Made by a program: the position numbers and the translations under genes | Assembly (NCBI RefSeq): GCF_006345805.1 | Contig: NC_043010.1 | Location: 64,790,001-64,854,000, forward strand | Direction: 5' to 3' | DNA: 64,000 bases | Source of the DNA: Octopus sinensis | Taxonomy: Eukaryota | The notes under the pieces: generated by a model | Told to the model about the DNA's origin: nothing | Databases searched by the model: none | What the model saw: only the letters and a program-made list of their open reading frames with translations | Shown: in pieces, positions 51,538 through 64,000 of the stretch | Layout: each line of letters starts with the position of its first letter | Numbering within the stretch: the first letter of the stretch is position 1

Positions 51538-52157
51538 TGAATCTCAGTTTTGTGGGAGGTAGTGAAGGGATTAGGTGAGGGTGAGTGAAGAGGTGGAGGA
51601 GAAGATAAGAAATAGAATATAATAAAGGGTGTGAAAAGCAACAGTATAATGCGACCTTAGATGAGAAATGGGGAAGTTTCATGGTGTATGGGGTTTTCGG
51701 AATCGGAGTCTAGCGGGAAATAGAGGTGGAAATTGCGTATATGTGTGTTTGTGTGTGTCATGTATATATGGGTGTATGTGATGTCGTGTGCATGTGTGTG
51801 TACTTCAAGAATGTGATAAATGTTATTTGTCAGTATACAATAATAGTGTAACATATTTTCGTTTATAGGATTTAAACTGTTGTTTTACGGAAACAGGATT
51901 ATTATTGTTCTGCATATCTCAAACTTTCTTATATTAAAGGAATCTGTAGTGCAAACTATTTGTTTTTCATATGAATTAATACCTTCATATCTCTGCACGT
52001 TAGTCAAACAGAATTACAATGTCGGGAATGAAAATTACGCTTTAAACAATAGTACTTTTTAGCAGTATCTTCAGACAACCAACTTTTAATGAAATTGTAA
52101 TTTAAACAGAATATATAAGAATGTAATGTTCAGCAACCCTGCTACTTTGTAACTTAC

Positions 52158-52310
52158 GTTTTTGACAATATGGCTTTTTATATCCAGGTAAGCATCCATT
52201 TTTACATTTACTACGGATTTGGAACTGACAGTCACTAAGGTGTTTACAGTGACATTGGTATTTCTGGTTTTTACCAAACAAGTCAACTCCATCATGACCT
52301 TTACAACTGC
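52158..52310 (-). CDS. Host gene exon B, laminin/MEGF-type EGF-like repeat
   Basis: ttgttttcag|GC acceptor, C|gtaagt donor, 153 bp, phase 1-1; SCKGHDGVDLFGKNQKYQCHCKHLSDCQFQIRSKCKNGCLPGYKKPYCQK. Confidence 0.85.
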
Positions 52311-53617
52311 CTGAAAACAAATAATACATCAACAATATTACAAAATCTCTTTCAATTATTGTCTTAATAAATAATATTGATTTCCTTCATATTAAACTAT
52401 ATCTATGTTATATAAAATGCTATAGATGAATATAGCGTTGTGATTCATATAATTTAAAGAGCATTAGCAATCTCAGTGATAAGGAATAAATTAATCTAAC
52501 TATTAGAATCGGTTCACAAACGGTTTACTTCTGCGACGCTCCTCTGTCTGCCCTAAACATTAATTTACTATTTATCGCACATTTTTGATTTAAGAAGTGA
52601 AAGAAAATTGATAATTAGTGTTTATGAACTACAGATTCTGAGGGTTTTAAAATATATTTCGTGTATATATTTTCCTCACATTTAATGACACATGCTTAAT
52701 GCGTGTGTTGTTGTTTAGCCGTCACTCAGCATTGACTGAGTTGATCTACGATTGAAGGCTTTACACCTATGTCTATCCCGTTTCTACTCAACCCATCCCA
52801 TATATTTTTCTCTCAGAGAATTACTATATGAGTTTATCTGGTCAACTAACGAGAGGGGAGGTGCCACTCATCAATGCAGAATATTAGGTTTGTCATTTTT
52901 TTCTAATAATTCTGAATTATTGAAATTCTTAAAAATTTAAGAGGTTCTTTCCATTTGCTTTATTTACTCCTAGGAAAAACGGTGAGATGTGCCTAGTAGT
53001 ACTGGGATAAATTGAAGATTTAACATTCGTAGAGGAGAATACACACACACGTATATTTTTTCTTAAGCTTTGTTAAAAACTGGTTATTCCACATTAAGAG
53101 CTTTGTCAACTTTTGTGTGGAATATAAATGTTTCACAACCTTCAAAAGAGAGGTCCACTGTAAACTTTTATGAACTCGAAAATACAATACAATTGTTTCG
53201 ACACATCTAGCATCGATCTGTCACGGGTGGAATACTTCTCAACTGGGTCAGGCGCATCCGACCGTGCAGATGTGTCTCTTCGGGTTATTAACAGATATAA
53301 CTCGTTAAAATAACAGTTCCGCAATGTATCTTCTCACTTAGTGTAAAGAAAAGTAGCAAATTATAGGACATAGCTTCATTATAAATAAATTACTCCGCGT
53401 GTAATAATACGGGTGATATTCCCATCACTTTTCGAAGCAAAATAAATCCGAAAAGTATTTGGTATGATAATATAAAATTTATCATATGAACACTGTAAAC
53501 AAAAACATGTTAACAATGTTAACATCAGCTACATTTTAATTTTATTTTAACGAAAGGTATCTATTTTGAAAAATTTAGAAATGAATTTTTTCTGATATTT
53601 AAAATTAATATTATTAG

Positions 53618-53660
<43 letters not shown>

Positions 53661-54028
53661 TATGTAGCCATGAGAAAACTTTTCTAATGCTTTCTGCCTA
53701 AAATTGATTCATAGTTATCAATTGATACATATTTTCTCTTGCTCTTAGTCATTCTCTGTCTTCTTATAGAATACGCATCGTGGTCCTCTTTGTCTTCTTT
53801 ACTGTGATGGTAATTTACAGAACGGAATCAGTATTTCAAGCATGTGTGTACAAGTTCATGCACAGATAATTGCATATAATAACACTCACAATGCAATAAG
53901 AAACCGCACTCTAATGAAGGAATCTAAAACTATTACAGGGTGATGGAACATGCAAAATATGAGAGTAAGATCTGTATCATGTTATTCTATTAAATGATAT
54001 AAAATAACACTAATACTACTAAACTTAC

Positions 54029-54109
54029 CAGGTTTTCTGAAGCAAGTACTGTTACAATATTTCCTCTTATAATCTGCGACGCAATCTCCTTTGGTGATAT
54101 CACATTGGG
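54029..54109 (-). CDS. Host gene exon A (Cys-rich, EGF-like fragment): QCDITKGDCVADYKRKYCNSTCFRKP
   Basis: Manual translation. Acceptor ...tattaaag|CC, donor G|gtaagt, 81 bp, phase 1-1; splices in frame to exon B (P-G-S-C). Confidence 0.65.
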
Positions 54110-55612
54110 CTTTAATATAAATAAAAATAGATTTTTTTAATTTTTAAGTAGACATCAAGTGTGATACCTTAGAAATCTTGTAGAATATAAAAAAAAATGA
54201 TATTTATGTTCATCTCAGCCATATGAATGCCATAAACCAAAATGTTTGTTAGTGAAAATAAAAATCTAGTGAAAACTTTTCAGCGAAAACACAAACCGGG
54301 ATATTTCTAGAAACGCTTGGATACAACGTATCCTAATATGCGTAGAGGTGTTTTTGAACACCTTAACTGTTTATGAACGTGTTAATACATCAGCACACAA
54401 AGGGGCTTGGTCCCTCCGCCCCCCGCGAAAAATAGCAAATAGATTTATGTCTGTTGATGGGGAAAAAGTTTACCGTTACACATATCAGGATTACGTCCCC
54501 CTGAACTATGAAAGCCCCACATGTTCGATCTTATATAGAAACGATACTGTTTCAGATCAGCTCTCTCCACAAACAGATTTGACGAAGCTAACAAGGCGCT
54601 ATATCTTCTTAAATTGTATCTTACTTATTTCAGTCATTAAATTGGATCCATGCAAGGGCAACGCATTGAAAAACTTCAGTAGAAAGAATCAGCACAAGCA
54701 CTTTTTTTGTAAGCCTGGTGCTCATCCTATTGGCCTCATTTACCGAATGGCTAAGTTAGGGGACGTAAACATAACAACACCGGTTGTCCAGCGGTGGTCT
54801 GTAAGAAATACAGACGCAATAAGAATTCTATCAATTTCCGACCACGACTACTCACAAGGTATTGATTGGCCCGAGGCTATCCCTGAAGACACCTGCTCAA
54901 TGTGCCACGCGGTGGGACTGAGCCTGGAATCATATGGTTGGGAAGAAAACTTCTTACAATACAGCTGCACCTTTTTCTTCTCATCAACACAAAATACATT
55001 CATTTATATAATACATAAATACACATATATGTATGTGCGTGTGCAGATATACAGACAGACACACACACACGTATAATCGAGTTTGTTTTGTTTTGTTTTG
55101 GAGCGAAGAGAATTGCACTTTTATATTTATTTCTTTACTACCCACAAGGGGCTAAACACAGAGGGGACAAACAAGGACAGACAAAGGGATTAAGTCGATT
55201 ACATCGACCCCAGTGCGTGGAACACTGGTGGGAGTATCATCTGTATGGACTTCAAAGCTTAGGTCGCTATTTAATTAGATATTTTAGGAGTTCGTTATAG
55301 GTTTACTTATTGAATTTATTTACCGATACTGTTTTTGTACATAGGATAAATGTGTTTCTTTGTTGTAGTTTAATTAATAATGTTAGTGTTTAATCCTTCC
55401 TAGAATTTAGATTGAATGAATGTGGTGACATCTAGGGTATGTTTGTTCCTAAACAACACTTATTTTAGTGCTGTTGACACCGCTGGATTGAATGGTACTG
55501 CCCTGGTGTCAAAACCATAATGATATCCGTGGGGCAGCTGATGATGGCAGTATGTTGGATTGTTGGTATGGCTGTTATTGTATGTGCGGAATAGTTTTAT
55601 AACACATCCATT

Positions 55613-55686
<74 letters not shown>

Positions 55687-55694
55687 TATGTGTG

Positions 55695-55744
<50 letters not shown>

Positions 55745-56310
55745 TGAAAGCCACGCAACAATTTCCAAGTAAGTTTATCTTAATAATTTTGATGCTACTC
55801 TCTGTATCATTCTCTATCTGTCCTTCTCTCTCTCCTAACCTTCCTCCTCCTTTATTCTCTCAATGCTCACACATGACCATAGGCTATTTTTCTTTACCTA
55901 ACTTTCTTTCCTTTTGATCTACCACACAGATCACACGCATTCTTGTCTGTCTCCTCACCTAACTTTTCTCCTGTCAAAACTTGTTCCTCTAGCGTTCACC
56001 ACATCCCTTCGTTATGGCTTAGCAGGCATTACTGTTTGTTTTCACAGTCCGGATTTTGTTACCGGCTTTGATCTTCCGCAAATCCCCAATTTTACTTTGC
56101 TTTGCGGGAGCAACTGTTTCTCGAAGATACATCTTGACGTAATTGCTCGAAATATGGAGTAGATAAAACTGCTGACAGCTGATGAAGGGTCGTTCTTTAT
56201 GTTATTTGTCTTGTTTTCCATTTGCATCTTTCATTGTTCGCATAAAAGTTCGTATTCCATGTCTTCGTATTTCCTGATATTTACATTTTATGACGTCGCG
56301 TACCCATACA

Positions 56311-56483
<173 letters not shown>

Positions 56484-56573
56484 CTATGTATGTATGTATG
56501 TATGTAAGAACGTACATATATGCATGTATATATATATAACTTTGATGGAATTTACAAACATTTAATGCATCGC

Positions 56574-56942
56574 TACGCGCTTTCTACAGTTCACTCCCTT
56601 GAGATCGGAGTCCGTATTCCGGGTATGATTACAGTATAGACCGTAGTATCCTCCGTGGTCATCAGTTTGATCATCTTCATGGATTCATTTCCTCGGGCGA
56701 TAGAACATGAATGGATGTACAACAGAGGGGCGCTTAAACCTTTCGACGAGTATGAAACTAGAGTGAGTCAAATAGGATGAGCGTCCCTCTGTTGTACATC
56801 CATGAATGTTATATCGACTCAAGAGATTTAATCCACGAAGATGATCAACGCGATGCCCACGGGTACTACGGGCTACAATGTAATAATCCCCGGAATACGG
56901 TCGGTGATCTTAAGAGACATATGAATGGTAGAAATGCGCGTA
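56574..56942. mobile_element. About 370-bp foldback MITE-like element
   Basis: TACGCGC...GCGCGTA ends; imperfect arms of about 165 bp (cgtattccggg, gatcatcttc, ggatgtacaacagaggg). Confidence 0.75.
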
Positions 56943-57999
56943 ATGAAGCATTAAATGTTTATAAATTCCATCCAAAGGTTAGTGTTGTCATTACTATTAT
57001 ATTTATCTTGCGTTATATCTGTACAGCTCGATGTTACCTCAAGAGACTGGTTCACCAGTCAGTATCGTTCGGCTGTGGCCGGCATAATGGAATAGGAGCT
57101 TTATGTGCATATTCAAAAGGTGTCTCGTAAAAAATTTAAAAGACACACACACACAGACGAGTAAGCACAAACACAAAACAAGGTGAAAAAGAACAATACA
57201 CGAATACCGAAGGTAGAGTAAAGTACTTTTTATTAAAGCTACAAAATCATCGCAAAACAGTTACTCAAAGATTCACGCTTCCGTCCGTCAAACTGTTGTG
57301 GCCAGGACTGGAATAAGATTGTGATGTTGCATATAACATATGATTTGATGTCAAATCATAAATGTACCAACAAAATTTTATTCCAGTTTTGTGATGTTTT
57401 TTTTGCAGCTGTAATAAGGAAGTGAACAAAAACAACAGATATTGATATTTCTCTTTCGTTTTGAGTCTTCAACGTCATATCCTGGACTCAACTCGAGACG
57501 AACTGTGTCATTGGTCGGACAGATATATGGAAGTTGAGTAAGTGTACATGTTCATGTGCTTTGGGGTAACACGAGTAGAACAACATTAAAGTGGTGTCAC
57601 GAGCGTGTATAAGTGGATACCAACAACTCCCACTAGATATGAAGGAAAGTTAGAAGCTCGATCGCAAACGGTAGCCAGGAGGCCAAGTCCTCTATTTAGC
57701 TTATATATGTGGTGGGGTTTCGTTTGTTTATTTCTTTATAACTCAATATAAGGGAAGCGGGCTTGGCGGTGTGGCTAAGATGCTCGTTTGGCAATTTTTT
57801 TAGTCCTGTTTTTAATCCATCAACGTGAAATGCTTTGTGAGTGTTTTTAATAATCGATCATCTACAGTTTTATGATTTAGTTGATGTAAACAGTATGGAA
57901 GCCCATCGGAACATCCTGAACCTGTTTTAGGTTTACGCCTAACCACTCGTTCAGTTTAACACCACCACATGGGTGTTATGTTTAATAAAAAAAATACTT

Positions 58000-58730
58000 A
58001 TTTAACTATATAACTAAGATTTAACATTATTTCCTTGGAAATAGTCATCTTGCACAGCAATACACAGTTTCCAGCGTTCATACCATTTTTGGAATCCTGT
58101 CTGGAAGTCGTTTCCCGTAAGTGAGTCGGGGACCTTCTGTGATTCGCTCTGGATCTCGACAAGTGTGGTAAAACGGCGACGGGGAAGAAATGCCAGTTAC
58201 AGGTTGCATTTTCTTCTCGAAGAATCCAATTCTTTGGGCTCCACAGACCCGATGGCTTTCCTGAATGACCTTCCCTAACGCTCCAAAACATCGGATTAAA
58301 ATTCCCGATCGATTCTCAGGCCCTGCAGCACAAATTCTCGACGCACAATACTATATTTTCCGGGGTATCTGTCGTGGTAGGTCTTCCATTTGGTTTATCA
58401 TCTTCGAGGAACGTTGGTCTGCTTTTGAATCGCTCGTTCCACTCGAAACATTGCGTACGATCCATTGCTTCATGGTCGTAAGCATGTTCGATGTCTGTGT
58501 AGCAGGCGTCCCAAGTTTAACGCAAAATTTCACGTTGGATCCATCTACTTGTCCATGACAAAATCGCAAACTACAGCATACACGGGATCACAAACTAGAA
58601 GATGCACAACTCGCAAAGTAAACTCAGCAATGTCACTCAGTATATTGCCTCATAAAGGCCACTGCTAGCTCTCACTGCACACGCTACCATGTGCTTCCAT
58701 CTCTTGGCGCGCTACTGTACTGGTTGATAC
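58000..58730 (-). mobile_element. Mariner remnant, internally deleted
   Basis: NVKFCVKLG N-terminus and FQKWYERWKLCIAVQDDYFQG C-terminus. Confidence 0.75.
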
Positions 58731-58736
58731 CACTTC

Positions 58737-59739
<1,003 letters not shown>

Positions 59740-60059
59740 ATGTACGTATGTATATATGAGAATTTGATGTTGAAAATGCACCTGAATTTGAAAAACTTGT
59801 AATTGTTTTTAAATAAATTTATTTACATAAACACCAATCTAGTTTCAACAATTTTTTGTTCATCAATGGTAAAAATTTAAAATTGTAAAGCAGAAAAACG
59901 TGTTTAAATGATTTAATTCTTACAAAATTCAATAATCTCAAATGATTTAAATGTACCCAACATTCAATAGCATAAGAAATCTGGCTCATCTTGTTTAAAT
60001 GCACAAAATTCAGTAGCATTAGAAATAATCGATGAGGAATAAAAGTTGCAAATCCAGCA

Positions 60060-60890
60060 ACTTTTAAGGGCTTCCAAAAATCTACAAAAGGGAAGCCATA
60101 AAGGAAGCCTGTAACAAGTAAAGAACTTTAGTCAGGAATATTCTACATCCGAGAGATCCCAAATGCAACCAATTGTGGCTGGTCCGTCGTGTGAGACACA
60201 GACCCTATTGACGTCGTCCTAAAACGTATCCTCCAACATATACCGTGTTTTATAAGGGATGATCTGGACCTTTTAAACCATCTCCCGAACAAAACCAGCA
60301 AAGACTCCCTTCTGGTTCCATTCGATGTAATAAACTTCTACACTTAGATCCCTTACGAAAGCGAAATACAAGCCAAAAAGTTCTGGCTGGAAAAATTCCT
60401 AGAATACCTTCCTGACTGAATCGGAAAAGAATTCATCATTGAAGGAATAAAATTCATCCCACAGAGCAACTTCTTCAACTTCAACGAGAAGATCCGTAGA
60501 CAAAAGATGGTAAACCCTACTTTTGCTAACCTTGTCATGTCATATTTGGAAGTCGAAATATAGGAGCACGCTAGGCTGAAATTTGGAGACAACTTCCAAA
60601 CATACTTACTAACCAACTGAAAATACTACCTGGGTGATTGTTTCCTTCTGTGGTCATATAACTTTTAGCAACTCTTAGAATTTAACAATTGAATCACAGC
60701 ATTAACCACAATATCCAATTTACAATGGGTTACAGCCACAAACAATTACACCTCCTGGACATCTTGATCATAAAAACAGATACTGAAATTGAGATCAACA
60801 TCTTCTTCAAACAAACGGACTCAAAATAATATCTTCTATTCTCCTCCTGCTACCTAAAGCATACTAAAATAAATATACTGTTCAACTTAG
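60060..60890 (+). mobile_element. Penelope-like RT fragment
   Basis: PIVAGPSCET, IRDDLDLLNHLP, FDVINFY, PTFANLVM, YLGDCF. Confidence 0.8.
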
Positions 60891-60961
60891 TAAATTTTTT
60901 ATAGCATGCTGATATAAAAATCTGATAAAAATCATTAATGGGATTCTATTCTTATATTCTA

Positions 60962-61011
<50 letters not shown>

Positions 61012-61139
61012 GTATACACAAAATTTCGGAGTATCTACCAAATATTTACATACGTGAATACATACATATATGAGTATATGAATATATGACATCCACGCCT
61101 GTGTCCATAAATACACGAAAACCAGCATAGCCTTCATTT

Positions 61140-61440
61140 TTGCAGAGACTGTTGAAATCAGATAAAGTATGACAATCTAAATACCGCGATAGAGGTTTCA
61201 ATGCTGCTGTCATTTATCTTGACTTCAGTAAAACATTCGATAGAGTAGGCCATAACATTCTGCTAGAAATTTTATCCCACACCGGTGTCTGGAGAAAGCT
61301 ATTTACAGTTGATTTAATATTTACTGAAAAACATAAGACTATATACTCCGATTGATGCAATTTACTCTAGACAAGCAAAAAACATTTGTGATGTCGCCCA
61401 GGTATTGCGTTGGATCCACTTCTGTTTATTATTTATAAAA
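61140..61440 (+). mobile_element. LINE RT fragment
   Basis: VIYLDFSKTFDRVGHNILLE. Confidence 0.6.
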
Positions 61441-61557
61441 ATACCGTTGCAAAAACCATCAACTACAGTGAATTTTAAAAAAGCAAACGTTATAATGAAT
61501 CTGTGTTTCTGAAAGTATTCAAGTGAACATGTAATGGAACATACATGAAACAATCCG

Positions 61558-61652
<95 letters not shown>

Positions 61653-61653
61653 C

Positions 61654-61684
<31 letters not shown>

Positions 61685-61685
61685 C

Positions 61686-61775
<90 letters not shown>

Positions 61776-62099
61776 GAAATTTATAGAAAACCAGAAGACG
61801 GAGACCGGTGTATGAACAACAAGCTGTTTATTTAATTTGACGCTCGGGAAAAATGAAACAGTCTTTTACGTTTCGAGCCTACGCTCTTCAACAGAGAGGA
61901 ATATAAGAAAATAAACAGAGATAAACGGTTTGTGAAGAATATTCTTAAGGTCAACTTTTACTCATTCGCAGCTATTTTGACGCTTTACCCCTAATACAAT
62001 TTTAGCTCAATCTTAAATCGGTTTTTGCATTATGATAAGCCAGTGGCAATCTACATTTTGACATTAAAAAATCGAAGCTTGGTTGAGTAGAAAAACTGT

Positions 62100-62820
62100 T
62101 GTAATAAAACAGTAGGGCCAAATATGGGAGAGTGACGCCTGATATTTTATTTGACTGGCAACTTCTCGGTTATTTGTAAAGCAAACTTCACTTCAGTTAT
62201 ATCTTTTGGAAAGAATTCGATGAAAGAATTTTGCTGACACCTCTTTAAAAGATATTTGATAGAAAAATGTCATGCAGCTTTTAAGTAGCCACAAACTTGG
62301 TAAGTGATGCCTAAAATCAAAATATGTCAGGTGTTTCAAAAGTAAACTATATTTAAATATATTTTTAAGAGAACTCAATGAGTAGAATCTTTTTTGGGGA
62401 AAATCTCTTTAAAAAATATTTGGAAAAAAGTGATAGTTTAGAAAAAGTGATAATTTGTTGTTTCCAACCTTTACTCACTCGCGGCCAATCCAATTTCTTT
62501 GCCCCTAATTCAGATAAGCTCAATATTAATTCGGTTTCTGCACTATGATGGACTAGTAGTAAGCTACATTTTGACATAAAATAATCGAATTCTGGTTCAG
62601 AGGAGAGAAAGTTATAATAAAAAATGTAGGCCCAAAAATGGGAGAGTAATGCCTGATATTTACTTAGATTCGTAATTTCTCAATCATTTGAAAAGCAAAA
62701 CTGTACTTCAATTGTACTTTTTTTAAAAAATCGATGAGTAAAATCTTTGGGTGAATATCTCGTTGAAAGATGTTTGATAGAAAAAAGTTACGCTACTTTA
62801 AGCAGTCAAAAGTTGGTGCA
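62100..62820. repeat. Diverged direct repeat, period about 515 bp
   Basis: 62100-62300 resembles 62610-62820 (gtagg(g/c)ccaaa..atgggagagt..gcctgatatt). Confidence 0.65.
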
Positions 62821-63749
62821 AAAACTGCAAGGCTGCAGTAGTGTCCCTATTAAGAAGCAGCCGTAAGAAAAATAATCTAAATGTTTGACTATAGTAAACT
62901 TAAGCCTATTTAAATAATTAAATATGTTCTTGGTTTTATTTTCGGCAAAATTATTTTACTTTACTTTCATGCAGTTAAATATATTAAAAGAAAATAAAGA
63001 TCATCTTTATAAAATTGTCTTAATAATAAATAAAGAATCATGAATCGAATTTTAAATTTAGCTGTAGCATTTTAAGCTTTTTCTTTTATTTTTGACCTAC
63101 TACTTGACTGAAAGATGGTCGATCAGTATTGAATAGCTTGTCTTCTTTGAATATTTTATTTAATTTGCAACCCATTCAAATTTTATCTCAGCTGCAATTT
63201 TTTAATTGGAAGCAGTAATTGAAGTAGATGGTGAATATGCTCCCCAATAATCATTTAAAGATGTTTTTGTTACATGTTATTTCCCTGTTTATTTCTTGCT
63301 CGCATTTTTCATTCTAGTATATATACATATGTGAGTGTGTGTATACATATCCATATATATTATATTATGTTATATATACAAAGGCATATGTATTTACATT
63401 TTCACTAAATTGTAACTATACTTACTGGTGCACCGCTGTAACGGGGTTTATAAATATGTATACCAAACTCTAGTATTTTCTTGTATGTTTTTCCTTTTTT
63501 TAAATCATGTACATATTGTAGCGATATTATGTTATGGCAACGCTAGGACAGGGGACATAAACACAGAGAAAACGCATTTTTGTGAGCCGGTGAAAACGCT
63601 GATAGTCTTACAAACAGGTTCACAGATAAATACACACGCTCACACACATACACACACACAGAAACAATTTATTCATATATGTATGTATACCTATCTCTCT
63701 CGCCTTCTCTCTTTCTCCTTCTATCTGTCTATCTAACTATCTATCTATT

Positions 63750-63831
<82 letters not shown>

Positions 63832-64000
63832 ATTATCTATCTATCTGTGTCTGTGTGCGTGAGTGTATATAAACACGCACACACGCATATACATTTGTAT
63901 GTGTAACGTAATAGCTTAGAAAAAAAGCCCCATTGGTTTAATATCTAGCGTGGACTAGACATTTCTTCAGTTTTTATAAACGATAACTATTCACTGCAAA

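Noticed and set aside
53142-53330. Possible extra host exon between A and B
   Set aside because: Open frame, but the acceptor and donor (gtggac) are weak and there is no domain motif; A splices to B in frame without it.
53890-53970. Possible first exon or signal peptide with gtgagt donor
   Set aside because: Wrong phase, not a convincing signal peptide, and downstream of exon A.
54348-55076. 242-aa plus-strand ORF
   Set aside because: No recognisable motif; it reads through an antisense SINE and a microsatellite.

Overview
AT-rich, microsatellite-saturated animal DNA. The repeat content suggests a cephalopod, probably octopus; this is inference. A minus-strand host gene spans most of the window and runs off it. 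I reconstructed 8 exons (54109-54029, 52310-52158, 33232-33083, 32032-31889, 25516-25370, 21231-20974, 5193-5011, 3730-3584). All are phase 1-1 with GT/AG borders and splice into one open frame: EGF-like repeats, a divergent FTP-like domain, EGF, an F-type lectin (FTP) domain, EGF. The large introns are packed with mobile elements: a near-intact 5.4-kb Tx1/L1-clade LINE embedded in a (TC)n tract plus related fragments, a CR1-like LINE with a CCCH-finger ORF1, Helitrons (one with both termini, plus a non-autonomous derivative), Penelope-like remnants with minimal hammerhead ribozyme motifs, mariner remnants, hairpin MITEs and tRNA-derived SINEs. The most interesting signal is an apparent Tx1-based network: copies flanked on both sides by microsatellites, an ORF1-only (HAL1-like) derivative, and a tRNA-SINE carrying the same 3' tail. 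Two perfect inverted duplications folded around (TA)n tracts also stand out. Element boundaries are approximate unless termini are given, and no database searches were possible.
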